A DNA stretch of 61,554 nt, filler included, from Pirum gemmata (lineage: Eukaryota): NCBI GenBank assembly GCA_002812295.1. It is 17 parts of 17 records of this genome, joined end to end, with 100 filler letters (N's around TTAATTAATTAA, not from the genome) between each part and the next. Parts side by side here need not be neighbours in the genome. Positions count along the whole stretch, not along the records: positions 50,799 to 54,313 come from PDIN01002446.1; positions 54,414 to 57,911 come from PDIN01002447.1; positions 58,012 to 61,554 come from PDIN01002448.1; 14 more parts are not named here. The stretch is one strand, 5' to 3'. Positions 51,714-61,554 of this stretch are shown here, one piece after another. The notes beneath the pieces were generated by a model. The model was not told the DNA's origin, made no database searches, and worked only from the letters and a program-made list of their open reading frames with translations. Every line of letters starts with the position of its first letter. Position 1 is the stretch's first letter. The position numbers were made by a program, and so were the translations under genes.

Positions 51714-51942
51714 TAGGGTTGAGATATCTACTGGAACTTTTTTCGAACAGATGCTTATCGAGCCAACCTTAGTTCTGTTTTCTTTACTAATAATAGCAGT
51801 TAAATAGCTTAAAATAGTAAATTTAATTATAGTAGATACCAATTAAAGTAATAATATTAACATTAATAGTAATAAAACCATAAAAATCGGAAAAGTTCGG
51901 GCAGCTGTTCAGTAATAATAAAATGACGTCATCTCACCCCTA
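51714..51942. mobile_element. MITE family E, longest copy
   Basis: Reverse complement of 24079-24278 with extra internal sequence shared with 33760-33908. Confidence 0.75.
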
Positions 51943-52181
51943 CTCTCTAGTATCTAGATAATACCTATCTTAGGCTATCTAGTACTAGTAGTACTGATTC
52001 TACACCTATATAGTAATTTTGCCTCGAATCAATGTTCGATAATTTGCCCATGCCTCGAAATTATTCTATCATAGCGAAAATGCACATTTTTTTTTTCCAT
52101 TTCCAATTTTCCAGTTCTCGAAGACGCTTCAGCAAAAAAAAAAAAAATATATATATATTTATGGGCACCATGATATCATAC

Positions 52182-52370
52182 TATTGTGCTTTTCATTTAT
52201 TTTGTCACTCTGAATATTTATTTGGTTGGTTATAATATTTAATTTGATAGTTTTAAATTAATAATTAGATTATAAAATATACCAGATTAAATAAAATGGA
52301 CTTATATAGTATTAATTTGGTACTCTTTATTGTATATTATATGATGGCAAAACCACTGAAAAGCACGATA
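52182..52370. mobile_element. MITE family A, full-length copy
   Basis: TATTGTGCTTTTCA...TGAAAAGCACGATA. Confidence 0.88.
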
Positions 52371-53155
52371 GTGATATCATACAAAAATAGTCATACAAAC
52401 TTCTAAAAATATTATGATATTCGTTTTTTTTATAGTTATAAATATAAAAAAATGCATAAGAACTTTTAAATAATAACAATTGAACTGTGAATTGAATTGA
52501 AGCAATAACAAAATAGAATAGGCAATATTTTTTAAAAATATTAAGAAATTACTATTGCTTTGCAAATCCCAAAACCATTTTAATTAAGTCTTGTTCTCCA
52601 CGTTTTGACAAGAACTTAATTTTTTCAAAAGCAATTTTTGAATATAAAAATAAACACAACGTAATCTCAAAAGGAGTTTTTGACAAAGATACACCAAAAA
52701 ATATTATCTGGTACACTCAATTAAATAAAGGGTATTGCCAGAACAGGACAACCCCAAACTCTAACTCTTAATTAACCCGGACCCTCATAACCCTAACCCT
52801 AACCCTAACCCTCACGTCACTCTTCCAAAATAAAAGGAATTTAAAGTAAGAGGAAAATGGATTTATTTTACGAAACAAAAAACAAAAAACAAAAAGTAAA
52901 AAACAAAAAAATCAAAAAGAAAAAAAAGAAAAAACTACTCCCAAAGTCTCCCATCAATATATATAAAAAAAAACCCCAAAAATCCCCCACTTTTTTTTTT
53001 TTTTTTGAATTTTTATTATTATTAATAATAATTAAATATTAGTATCATTATCCCAAAACGTAATATTTATTGAAATCCATAATATCAATATAATATTAAT
53101 ATTTATTGTAATTAATCAATAGTTATTACATTTACTAAAAATACTTATACGTTAT

Positions 53156-53911
53156 ATGATTATGTACGCCAATAATAGAAAGATGAATATGAACTCATTA
53201 ATAATATTATGGTATTGTGTTGTTGCTCAGTGTGTTATGGCAGCCCCAGCAACAACATTGGCATTTGATATCAAAACAATACAACCAGGAGAAGAGCGCC
53301 AAAGTTCGGCTAGAATTCTTAGTGACATTGAATATGAAATTTTTAAATTGTGCGGTCCTTTTCTTTTTGAAGCAACTTTAGAAAACATTGAATCCACTGA
53401 TAATAAAGTTCACATTATGTATAGCCCTTCAAATTTGGGAAGCGAAGAAAAATATGATATCGATTCTAACAAATATGATAGTGATAATGTGAAGGAAAAC
53501 GACAGAGAGATTTTAGGTATTGCTTTTACTAGGGATGTGCAAAAAATTACTGGTGTGGACGGTGTTATAGTGGATTTAATATGTGCTCGCAAGGGTTATG
53601 GTCGTCCACTTTTAAACTTCGCCGAAGAACAAAAACAATTTTCTATACTATGTGCGTTACCGTCAAAAGTGGGATTTTATGAACATATGGGTTATTCTGT
53701 TTTTGAAAGAGTAGATTTTAGGATTTTGGGAAAAAGTAACAGGTCTGATTGTAAATACATGAAAAAGATTATACATTTTGAAGCTGATACCAACACCAAC
53801 ACCCATCAACACCATAATAGCCATCCACCGCCATCAAAACAATCACAAACCTCCTCCGACATTAATATCGCCACAACCACATTAAAACACAACAACAAAA
53901 AAAAAGTGTAA
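53156..53911 (+). CDS. GNAT-family N-acetyltransferase-like protein with apparent signal peptide, intronless
   Basis: VDLICARKGYGRPLL (acetyl-CoA motif A) and LCALPSKVGFYEHMGY (motif B); hydrophobic N-terminus LIILWYCVVAQCVMA-AP. Confidence 0.75.
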   Translation: MIMYANNRKMNMNSLIILWYCVVAQCVMAAPATTLAFDIKTIQPGEERQSSARILSDIEYEIFKLCGPFLFEATLENIESTDNKVHIMYSPSNLGSEEKYDIDSNKYDSDNVKENDREILGIAFTRDVQKITGVDGVIVDLICARKGYGRPLLNFAEEQKQFSILCALPSKVGFYEHMGYSVFERVDFRILGKSNRSDCKYMKKIIHFEADTNTNTHQHHNSHPPPSKQSQTSSDINIATTTLKHNNKKKV

Positions 53912-54102
53912 TAAAGAGTTGAATTATGTTGTTTTATTGTTATTATAATAACAAAATTAATTGTAAGAACAATAGATTTAATAAATTTATTTTCATTGTT
54001 CATACTATTATGTGAATATTTTTATTAGTTTAAATTAACATCATTAACATCATTACAATATTATCATTTTTGATTTTATTTATTTGGAATAGCACACACG
54101 AT

Positions 54103-54281
54103 TTACATTAAAATAAATCTCTTAAAGACTCGCATATTGTTTTGCACATATTTTTATTGGGATTGTCGTCGGGTAACATGTTTAATACGCGATTTGCTAG
54201 CGATTGTGTGGCTTGAGGGGAAACAGCAACGAGTTTTGTTTTTTGCGCTTGGGTGCAGTATTTTTGAAGGAAGGCAAAAAA
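54103..54281 (-). CDS. Last exon of an unidentified gene
   Basis: CAG acceptor, open frame FFAFLQKYCTQAQKTKLVAVSPQATQSLANRVLNMLPDDNPNKKYVQNNMRVFKRFILM*. Confidence 0.5.
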
Positions 54282-54413
54282 CTGTATTCGATTAAAATTA
54301 AAATAAATAAATANNNNNNNNNNNNNNNNNNNNNNNNNNNNNNNNNNNNNNNNNNNNTTAATTAATTAANNNNNNNNNNNNNNNNNNNNNNNNNNNNNNN
54401 NNNNNNNNNNNNN

Positions 54414-54633
54414 TATTATTATTAATGTTATCGTTGCCTTGTAAATTGTCGATATTATTATCTTCACAATGCTGGAGAAGAAGATGAACATCAAACAAAA
54501 AAGTATAGTTTTCAATACTGTGAGTTTTTAATAAAAATTGATAAAAACTTTCTAATAGAGATGATTCAGTTTTAAAATCAATAATATCATTAAAAAGTTT
54601 GATTTTAGAACTAGCATCAGTTGTAGTAGACAT
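54414..54633 (-). CDS. 5' start of an RGS-domain protein, truncated at the scaffold end
   Basis: FNDII..LLESFYQFLLKTHSIENYTFLFDV matches the RGS F..FL....S.EN..F...V signature. Confidence 0.7.
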
Positions 54634-54663
54634 TTTTTTGTTGTTGTTGGTTTATCTTTTTTA

Positions 54664-54697
<34 letters not shown>

Positions 54698-54698
54698 T

Positions 54699-54755
<57 letters not shown>

Positions 54756-55169
54756 TGCTTTGACGGTGGCTTTGAAAAAACCACAATTTTTTAGGTAATT
54801 TGGTAACTACTATCTTATTTTCACTTTCTAACCCTAACCCTAACCCTAACACTCCCTAACCCACTTTTTTCCTTATGCAGTATTTAGTTCAGTATTTTTG
54901 TCATTTTTTTATCAAGAACCATTTTTGTAAACATTTATTTATTCTTTTGAGCTTCTTGGATGGCTAAAGAAACACTTGTATTATTTTATTTTATTGGTGT
55001 ATGTTCTTTTATTCATATACTTGTCTGGTTTTTTAATTGGTTAATTACGGAGAATAATTCTAATATAGCAATTTTTATAAATTGCTTTGGTTTTTTTTTT
55101 GTTTTTTTTCTGAATATATTATATGATATTATGTGTTTTTTTAAAAATAAAATAACAACAACAAACTGT

Positions 55170-56140
55170 TAATAATGATAGTCATAGTAAATATTACGAT
55201 TACTATTACTATTATTATTGTTTTTAGAATGATTGATAATTATAGGGGTCATCATAATTCGTTATCATTATTCATTAAATATCGTTTATCATCATCATAA
55301 CTTATAACATTACTTGACCATGATAATTTAAAATAATAATGTGATAATAATGATAATCGCAGTAACTATTACGATTACTATTGTTATTATTACTGATTTT
55401 AAAATGATTCGTTATCATTGATCATTAAAAATCGTTTATCATCAACATAAGTTGTAACATTACTTGACCATAATGATTAATTAACAACATTAATTAACAT
55501 CAATATGTGAGAAAATAATAAGATAATAATATTAATGATACTCATAGTAATTATTAGGATTGCTATTATTATTATTACTGATTTTAAAATGATTGATAAT
55601 TAAAGTGGAAATTATAATAACTATATTCGTTATCATTGATCATTAAAAACATTTATCATCATCGATCATAAGTTATAACATTACTTGGCCATTGTAATTA
55701 ATAACAACAGTAATATCAAATAATATGATAATAATGATAACCATAGTCACTATTACGATTACTATAATAATTATTCTGATTTTAAAATGATTGATAATTA
55801 AAAGTCACAATAGTATCGTTAACTATATTCGTTATCATTGATCATTAAAAATTGCTTATCATCATCATAGGTTATAACATTACTTGACCATTATAATTAA
55901 TAACAACATTTTAATATCAATATGTGTGAAAATAATATGATAATAATGATAATCATAATATTAATTATATAGTCACTATTACGATTACTTTAATTATACT
56001 GATTTTAAAATGATTGATAATTATATAAAGTCGTCACCCTATTATATAGTAATTATATTCGTTATCATTGATAATTGAAGTACGTATCATCATCATAAGT
56101 TATAACATTACTTGACCATGATAATTAATAACAACATTCA
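55170..56140 (+). repeat. Tandem array of ~5 diverged units of about 175-210 bp
   Basis: Recurrent CATAGT..TATTACGATTACTA..GATTTTAAAATGATTGATAATTA..TTCGTTATCATTGATCATTAAAA..TTATAACATTACTTGACCAT. Confidence 0.88.
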
Positions 56141-56732
56141 TAATATTATCACTATGTGTAGAGACCCATCCACGTTCATATAATATTATGTAGTCTATGT
56201 ATGTGGGAAATGCGTTTCATAGGTTGTAAAGTTGTAAACCTAGTATGTCATATGTGTGTCCTCGGGCCATTACTGGCGACACAATGGTGCTGGATAATGA
56301 CACCACGAATAAAGAAGGGAGTTTTAAAGAATAGCCAAATGTATAAAAATTATTTCGTAATTTAATTGGTTTAAAAGACTAAGATTAGTATATTAGGTTT
56401 AGTGGATAATCGGCGCACCATAAAAGAGACAATTGTATAATTCTTATCATTTATTGGCTTAATTTATAGGCAAATACCACCAATTAGTATCTTTTTCGGT
56501 ATTCGGCAGTTAAAATACTCGAATCCGACCGAAACCCCGACTCAATCAAAGATGTGAAGGTAAGCTCTCCATACGAGTCCATACTCCAACCTAGGTTGGT
56601 AAGGCTAGCTAGTAGTATTGATAGGACCATAGGTCCATAGGGTAGACCCTTCAGGGTAGAGACTCGAGAGTCGGGTAGACCCGTATAGTCTAGACTCTAA
56701 TTTTTTTTAATTAATTATTATTATTATTATTA

Positions 56733-56773
<41 letters not shown>

Positions 56774-56946
56774 ATTATTATTATTATTAATAATATTATT
56801 AATTAGTTTATTATTTGTTATTTATTATTTGTTATTTGTTATTTATTAATTATTATTTGTTATTATGATTATGATTATGGCTGTTTTAAAGTTTTATTAT
56901 TATTATTATTTAATTTAGTTACTAATTTAATATATTATTTTTTTAG

Positions 56947-57859
56947 GAGGAGGAGGACGTGGACGTGGAGCACCACGTGGAGGTCGTGGTGGACGCGGAG
57001 GACCAAGAGGTGGCGTAGGTGGAGGTAAATTTTTTGTTTTCTATTTGTTATGTTTGTTATATTTCTCATTTGAATCTTTATCGTTGTTTTGTAATTGGAT
57101 GTTATTTGTTTGACTGCCAATTGTTAGTTATCATTGTTAGTAATATAATATTTGTTTACGATTTATTTAATTCTATTCAGCAATTTTTTTTTCTTGTCTT
57201 CAATAAATATTACAATATTTTTAATATGATGTACAAACATGAAGTTTCCCGAACATGCGCGTTTGGGCTCTTAATTTATTTTGAGGATTAAACTCATGCT
57301 GCCTTCCGACTGATTACAATAAATAATTGTGTGTGTTTTTTAAAAAATTTCATTTATTCTCGTGATGCTTGTGATGCTTGTTTTTTTTAACAACATATTT
57401 TTAACTTTTTATTCACAAAAAGGACGTGGTGGAGGACGTGGCGGAGGACGTGGCGGAGGACGTGGAGCTCCAGGTGGACGTGGCGGAGGAGGACGTGGAG
57501 GACGTGGAGGAGGAGGACGTGGTGGGGCTAAAGGAGCTAAAGGAGGAGCTAAAGCTGTTGTTGAACCTCATCGTTTCCCAGGTGTTTTTGTTGCACGTGG
57601 TAAAGATGATGCTATTTTAACTGAATCTATGGCTGTTGGTGTTGCTATTTATGGCGAGAAAAGAATTCAAACTGAAAGAGAAGAAAATGGTGAGAAAAAA
57701 ACTATAGAGTACAGATTCTGGAATCCATTTAGATCCAAAGTAGCTGCTGCTATTATTCGTGGGGTTGAAAATATCTGGATGGCTCCTGGTTCTAAAGTTT
57801 TATACCTTGGTGCTGCTTCTGGTACTACTGTTTCCCACATATCGGATCTTGTTGGACCT
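56947..57859 (+). CDS. NOP1: Fibrillarin/Nop1 rRNA 2'-O-methyltransferase, exons 56947-57024 and 57423-57859 (5' and 3' exons missing)
   Basis: RGG/GAR domain, [51 protein letters not shown]; in-phase GT-AG intron 57025-57422. Confidence 0.95.
57222..57316 (+). ncRNA. Intronic box C/D snoRNA, snR52-like (guide for 18S Am420, yeast numbering)
   Basis: Box C ATGATG 57226-57231, C' TGAGGA, box D CTGA 57310-57313, terminal TAAT/ATTA stem. Guide TGCTGCCTTCC is complementary to conserved 18S GGAAGGCAGCA, and the D+5 base pairs with the first A of GGAAGG. Confidence 0.8.
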
Positions 57860-57864
57860 GTAAG

Positions 57865-57898
<34 letters not shown>

Positions 57899-58382
57899 TA
57901 TTATTTATTATNNNNNNNNNNNNNNNNNNNNNNNNNNNNNNNNNNNNNNNNNNNNTTAATTAATTAANNNNNNNNNNNNNNNNNNNNNNNNNNNNNNNNN
58001 NNNNNNNNNNNTAAAAAAAAAAATGGTCATAAGAGTGTCATAAGGTTTTTTGTTGGACTATTTTTTAGTGTGGTGTTGTAGCCAATCGTTATCTCCAAAA
58101 TCTTACATATATAGTCTATGTACCATTTATGTATATTATAGTTAGCAAATATAGTATATTTTGTATAGCCATATATTTATATTTATTTTTCTTGAACTGT
58201 AAAACACTAGCTATAAAACATATGATATTATAGAATTATCATTAATGCCATTATTATCATTATTATCATTATATTATAGTGTTTTTAGCATTTTTGTTTA
58301 TTGTTTTTGACTGTGTTTGTGTAGTCTAGTGATCAACTCATCAAAAAAATGATATCTGGCTAGAGCTAGCTAGACTACTGGT

Positions 58383-59062
58383 ATGATAAATTTGTTTCTT
58401 AATTTCCGTACTCTCTTTTATCTTTATTCTAAATCGGCAGTTAGGAAGGTTAACGTTGATACTGAGATGCAAAAAATAAAAGATTTGACCAAAATCGCTA
58501 AGGAGAAAGTTCAAATGGAAGTAGGAGAATATATTCGGTTTGAAGAGAGATTGTTTTCTGAAACAACTCGTGATACCCTCATTGAAATGCTTTCACTTGA
58601 GGATGTAAAAGTGAAGCCTTTTTTGGAAACCTTAAAGCTTTAGCCTAATTATAAGCAAAGCACCTGGGCCATTAGCTTTTTATTTAAATAATCCCCAATT
58701 TGTTTTTGCAATCATTCTCGTCACGTTTACCCACGAAACACCGGCGACATTGGGAGCGTTATATGGTAAGCCACCTAACCCCCAAAAAGCATCAGAAACT
58801 GCCGAAACACGTAAAAGGCCAAATAGTATACGCGGTATTAGACATATACATAAAAGGTACAAAGGCAATAGGCAATGAAAATTTTGTTACCTAACCCTAA
58901 CCCACTGAACCCAGTCCTAACCCTAACCCCAACCCCTAGTTTTATTTTGGTAGTCCTTCCAAATATGTTCCCTGGGATTTATTAATCGTACTAGTCGAGG
59001 AATGAGAATGAATATTATAGTAATAGTAATAGTAATAGTAATATTAGTAATAGTAACAGCTA

Positions 59063-59125
<63 letters not shown>

Positions 59126-59300
59126 GGGTCGCTTTATCGACTGTCCCGTAAAAATAATCACTACAATGAATTGGGTCCAACATCGCTGGAAATGCATAAG
59201 CATAAACAGCAGCATTATATTAAACTTGGTTTTTCATGTTTATGTACCCAATGTAATTTGATGAAGTTCATCTTTTGCACTTTTCGCTTTAAAGTATTAT
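58383..59300 (+). pseudogene. Possible decayed coding sequence of unknown type
   Basis: Coding-like composition with short frames (..EYIRFEERLFSETTRDTLIEML..) interrupted by stops; no recognisable motif. Confidence 0.25.
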
Positions 59301-59874
59301 GGTTGATAAGTCAACATTCATAATATAGTCATGTGTGTTAAACAAATTATAATTTAAATATTAACAACAATTAATATTGATAGTAAATAGTCAACAATCC
59401 CAATCCCAATCCCAATCCCAATCCCAATCCCAATCCCAATCCCAATCCCAAAAACAAAAACAAAAACAAATATAAATACAATAACAATAACAATAACAAT
59501 AACAATAACAATAACAATAACAATAACAATAACAATAAAATAACAGTAACATACGTACAGTAACCCTAACACTTTATTTTATTCATAACATAAAAAACAA
59601 CAACATTCAACAGAATAAAATTACACATACTACCCAGCTGATACTACCCATTCCTCGAAATTGTCCAGGTGATGACAGAATAGCTGACAGAATCCCGTTT
59701 TTTAATTTTTTTTTTTCAAAATAATTGATGTTAGGACGTAAGTTTCATGATTTAATGTGAAAAAAATTTTCTTTTATTTTTTAAAAAATTTTAAAAATAA
59801 TTATTATTTTTATTCATTCCTTTCTTACCTTTTTTAGTTTTATTCTTCCAAAGCAAAACTTGGTGTTTAGAAGT

Positions 59875-60153
59875 TGTTTAGACTCAGAGAGGAGGGGTGA
59901 CACCTATAAGAGACCTATAAGTAAATGACCCCTTAAATTGGCACTAATTCCGCAACCCGTAGCCATTTACGACTCATTTACGGGTAAAATAGTAAAATAC
60001 TTTGTTTTTTTTTGGAGCAGTATTAGTATGGAAACTAAAGTTACTTTAAATAGTTTATTTTTAACTTTAAATAGTAAGCCGCAACCGCAGCGGAAAATGA
60101 AAATTTCAGAGTCATATTAGAGGGGCGTCACCCTTCCTCTCAGAGTTTAGACA
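59875..60153. mobile_element. MITE family F (~280 bp, ~30-bp imperfect TIR)
   Basis: TGTTTAGACTCAGAGAGGAGGGGTGACACCT versus reverse complement TGTCTAAACTCTGAGAGGAAGGGTGACGCCC. Confidence 0.65.
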
Positions 60154-60162
60154 GATTAGTTA

Positions 60163-60307
60163 GGGAGCCTTCAAATGCTACGTAACGCAAATTTCCAGTC
60201 AAATACAGCTTCAAATACCCCTACCTACCTACCCCTCGTTGTTAATTTCCGGTCAGATGCCGCCTACCTGCCTGCCTCTTGACGTGACGTATTATTTGAA
60301 AGCTCCC
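60163..60307 (+). mobile_element. MITE family C, PIF/Harbinger-like
   Basis: Homologous to 15018-15162; TSD TTA at 60160-60162 and 60308-60310. Confidence 0.85.
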
Positions 60308-60337
60308 TTAGTCTACAGACTTACGGTAGTCTTATTT

Positions 60338-60615
60338 CTAACCCTAACCCTAACCCTAACCCTAACCCTAACCCTAACCCTAACCCTAACCCTAACCCTA
60401 ACCCTAACCCTAACCCTAACCCTAACCCTAACCCTAACCCTAACCNNNNNNNNNNNNNNNNNNNNNNNNNNNNNNNNNNNNNNNNNNNNNNNNNNNNNNN
60501 AACCCTAACCCTAACCCTAACCCTAACCCTAACCCTAACCCTAACCCTAACCCTAATCCTAACCCTAACCCAAACCCTAATCCTAACCCTAACCCAGTCC
60601 TAACCCTAACCTAAC
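60338..60615 (-). repeat. Long interstitial (TTAGGG)n array with internal gap
   Basis: Perfect CCCTAA units either side of an N gap, with non-telomeric sequence on both flanks. Confidence 0.9.
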
Positions 60616-61554
60616 TCTATTTATAATAATATTATGATATTATTATAAATCTCTTAGATATTAGTCAAAGACTCCATGAAAATTTCTATTTGAAATAAAT
60701 TGTCAATAATAATTTGTAATTAGTCCTAGGATTGGCTATAAAGACAACAAATGTTCATTTAGCTAATGAAAAACAGATAGTAGAGAATAATGAAAAATGA
60801 TTGGATAATATGTTTATTTTATTTTTTTATAAAATATGATAATATAATAATATTATTTTACTTCATCAAAAGTTCATAATTCGGAAATAATTTTATGTTA
60901 CTTCGAGCATTATTATTTATTTATAACACTCGAAATCATAAAACAACAAACAAGCTCAATTTTCTTCCAACCTTTTTGCTCTTTTTTGCTATGTATGATA
61001 TGGTGCAATTATTCTAAAAACGTCTTACTTTTTTTATTAGTTAAAGGTCTATTTTTTTTTTTTTTTTTTTTAAAATTTAAACCTGTTTAATACCTATTAC
61101 ACTACTTATATTCGAAAACTGAAAATACTCTGAAAATGCTGGTGAAACGAAAAAGTTGGACATTTTTAGATAATTTGCACCATATGATATTATCATAACT
61201 AAGAAATTCAACAATAAATGTATGAATAAAATTTCATGTGCAAGTTTTCATATATCAATATTATATTAATAATATTATAAATAATCATAACACTGATATC
61301 TGTTTTTGAAAAGTTAATTTTGTTATGTTAATATATTGTGTTGAATTTATATAAGTTATGTTAATATATTGTATTGAATTTGTGTATAATATATAAGTTA
61401 AGATTTTTATTAAAATATTATTCAAATTTTATTTGTCATTTTGATTATTTATTTGGCACTCTTAAAAAATACAAAAGTGTATTTTAATTTAAAAATAAAT
61501 AATAAAACATAACAAATTATTTAAAAAAATTGTATCATCTTGTAGTCATCTTGT

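Noticed and set aside
54103..54633. RGS start and downstream last exon as one gene
   Set aside because: They lie on different scaffolds joined by a linker
56543..56563. Fibrillarin first exon (ATGTGAAG|GTAAG) implying TGA recoding
   Set aside because: ATG is followed directly by TGA and there is no other evidence of a variant code; the true first exon was not identified
60338..60615. True chromosome end
   Set aside because: Non-telomeric sequence on both sides within the scaffold, although the internal gap leaves a mis-join possible

Overview
Very AT-rich eukaryotic draft genome, not a contiguous locus. It consists of 17 scaffolds of about 3.5 kb joined by an artificial 100-nt linker (N44-TTAATTAATTAA-N44, stops in all six frames), so gene neighbourhoods across linkers are meaningless. 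GT-AG introns, TTAGGG repeats and a GPI-type CotH suggest an opisthokont-like protist or early-diverging fungus (inference only). Supported genes: a spliced GPI-type CotH kinase, a 4-exon PLP-transferase-like 3' end, a PKA-like kinase exon, 7 exons of Mon1, a class-3 lipase, two tandem leishmanolysin-like metalloproteases, a SWEET-like last exon whose 3' end seeds a tandem array, an 802-aa His-repeat surface protein, a signal-peptide-bearing GNAT, an RGS-domain start, and fibrillarin hosting an intronic snR52-like box C/D snoRNA (18S Am420 guide). Non-coding space is dense with at least six MITE families, a tRNA-derived SINE with an 8-bp TSD, a decayed non-LTR RT, interstitial telomeric arrays and unusual (CTAG)n tracts. 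No complete novel multi-gene system can be demonstrated here. The best leads are the individual items listed under findings.
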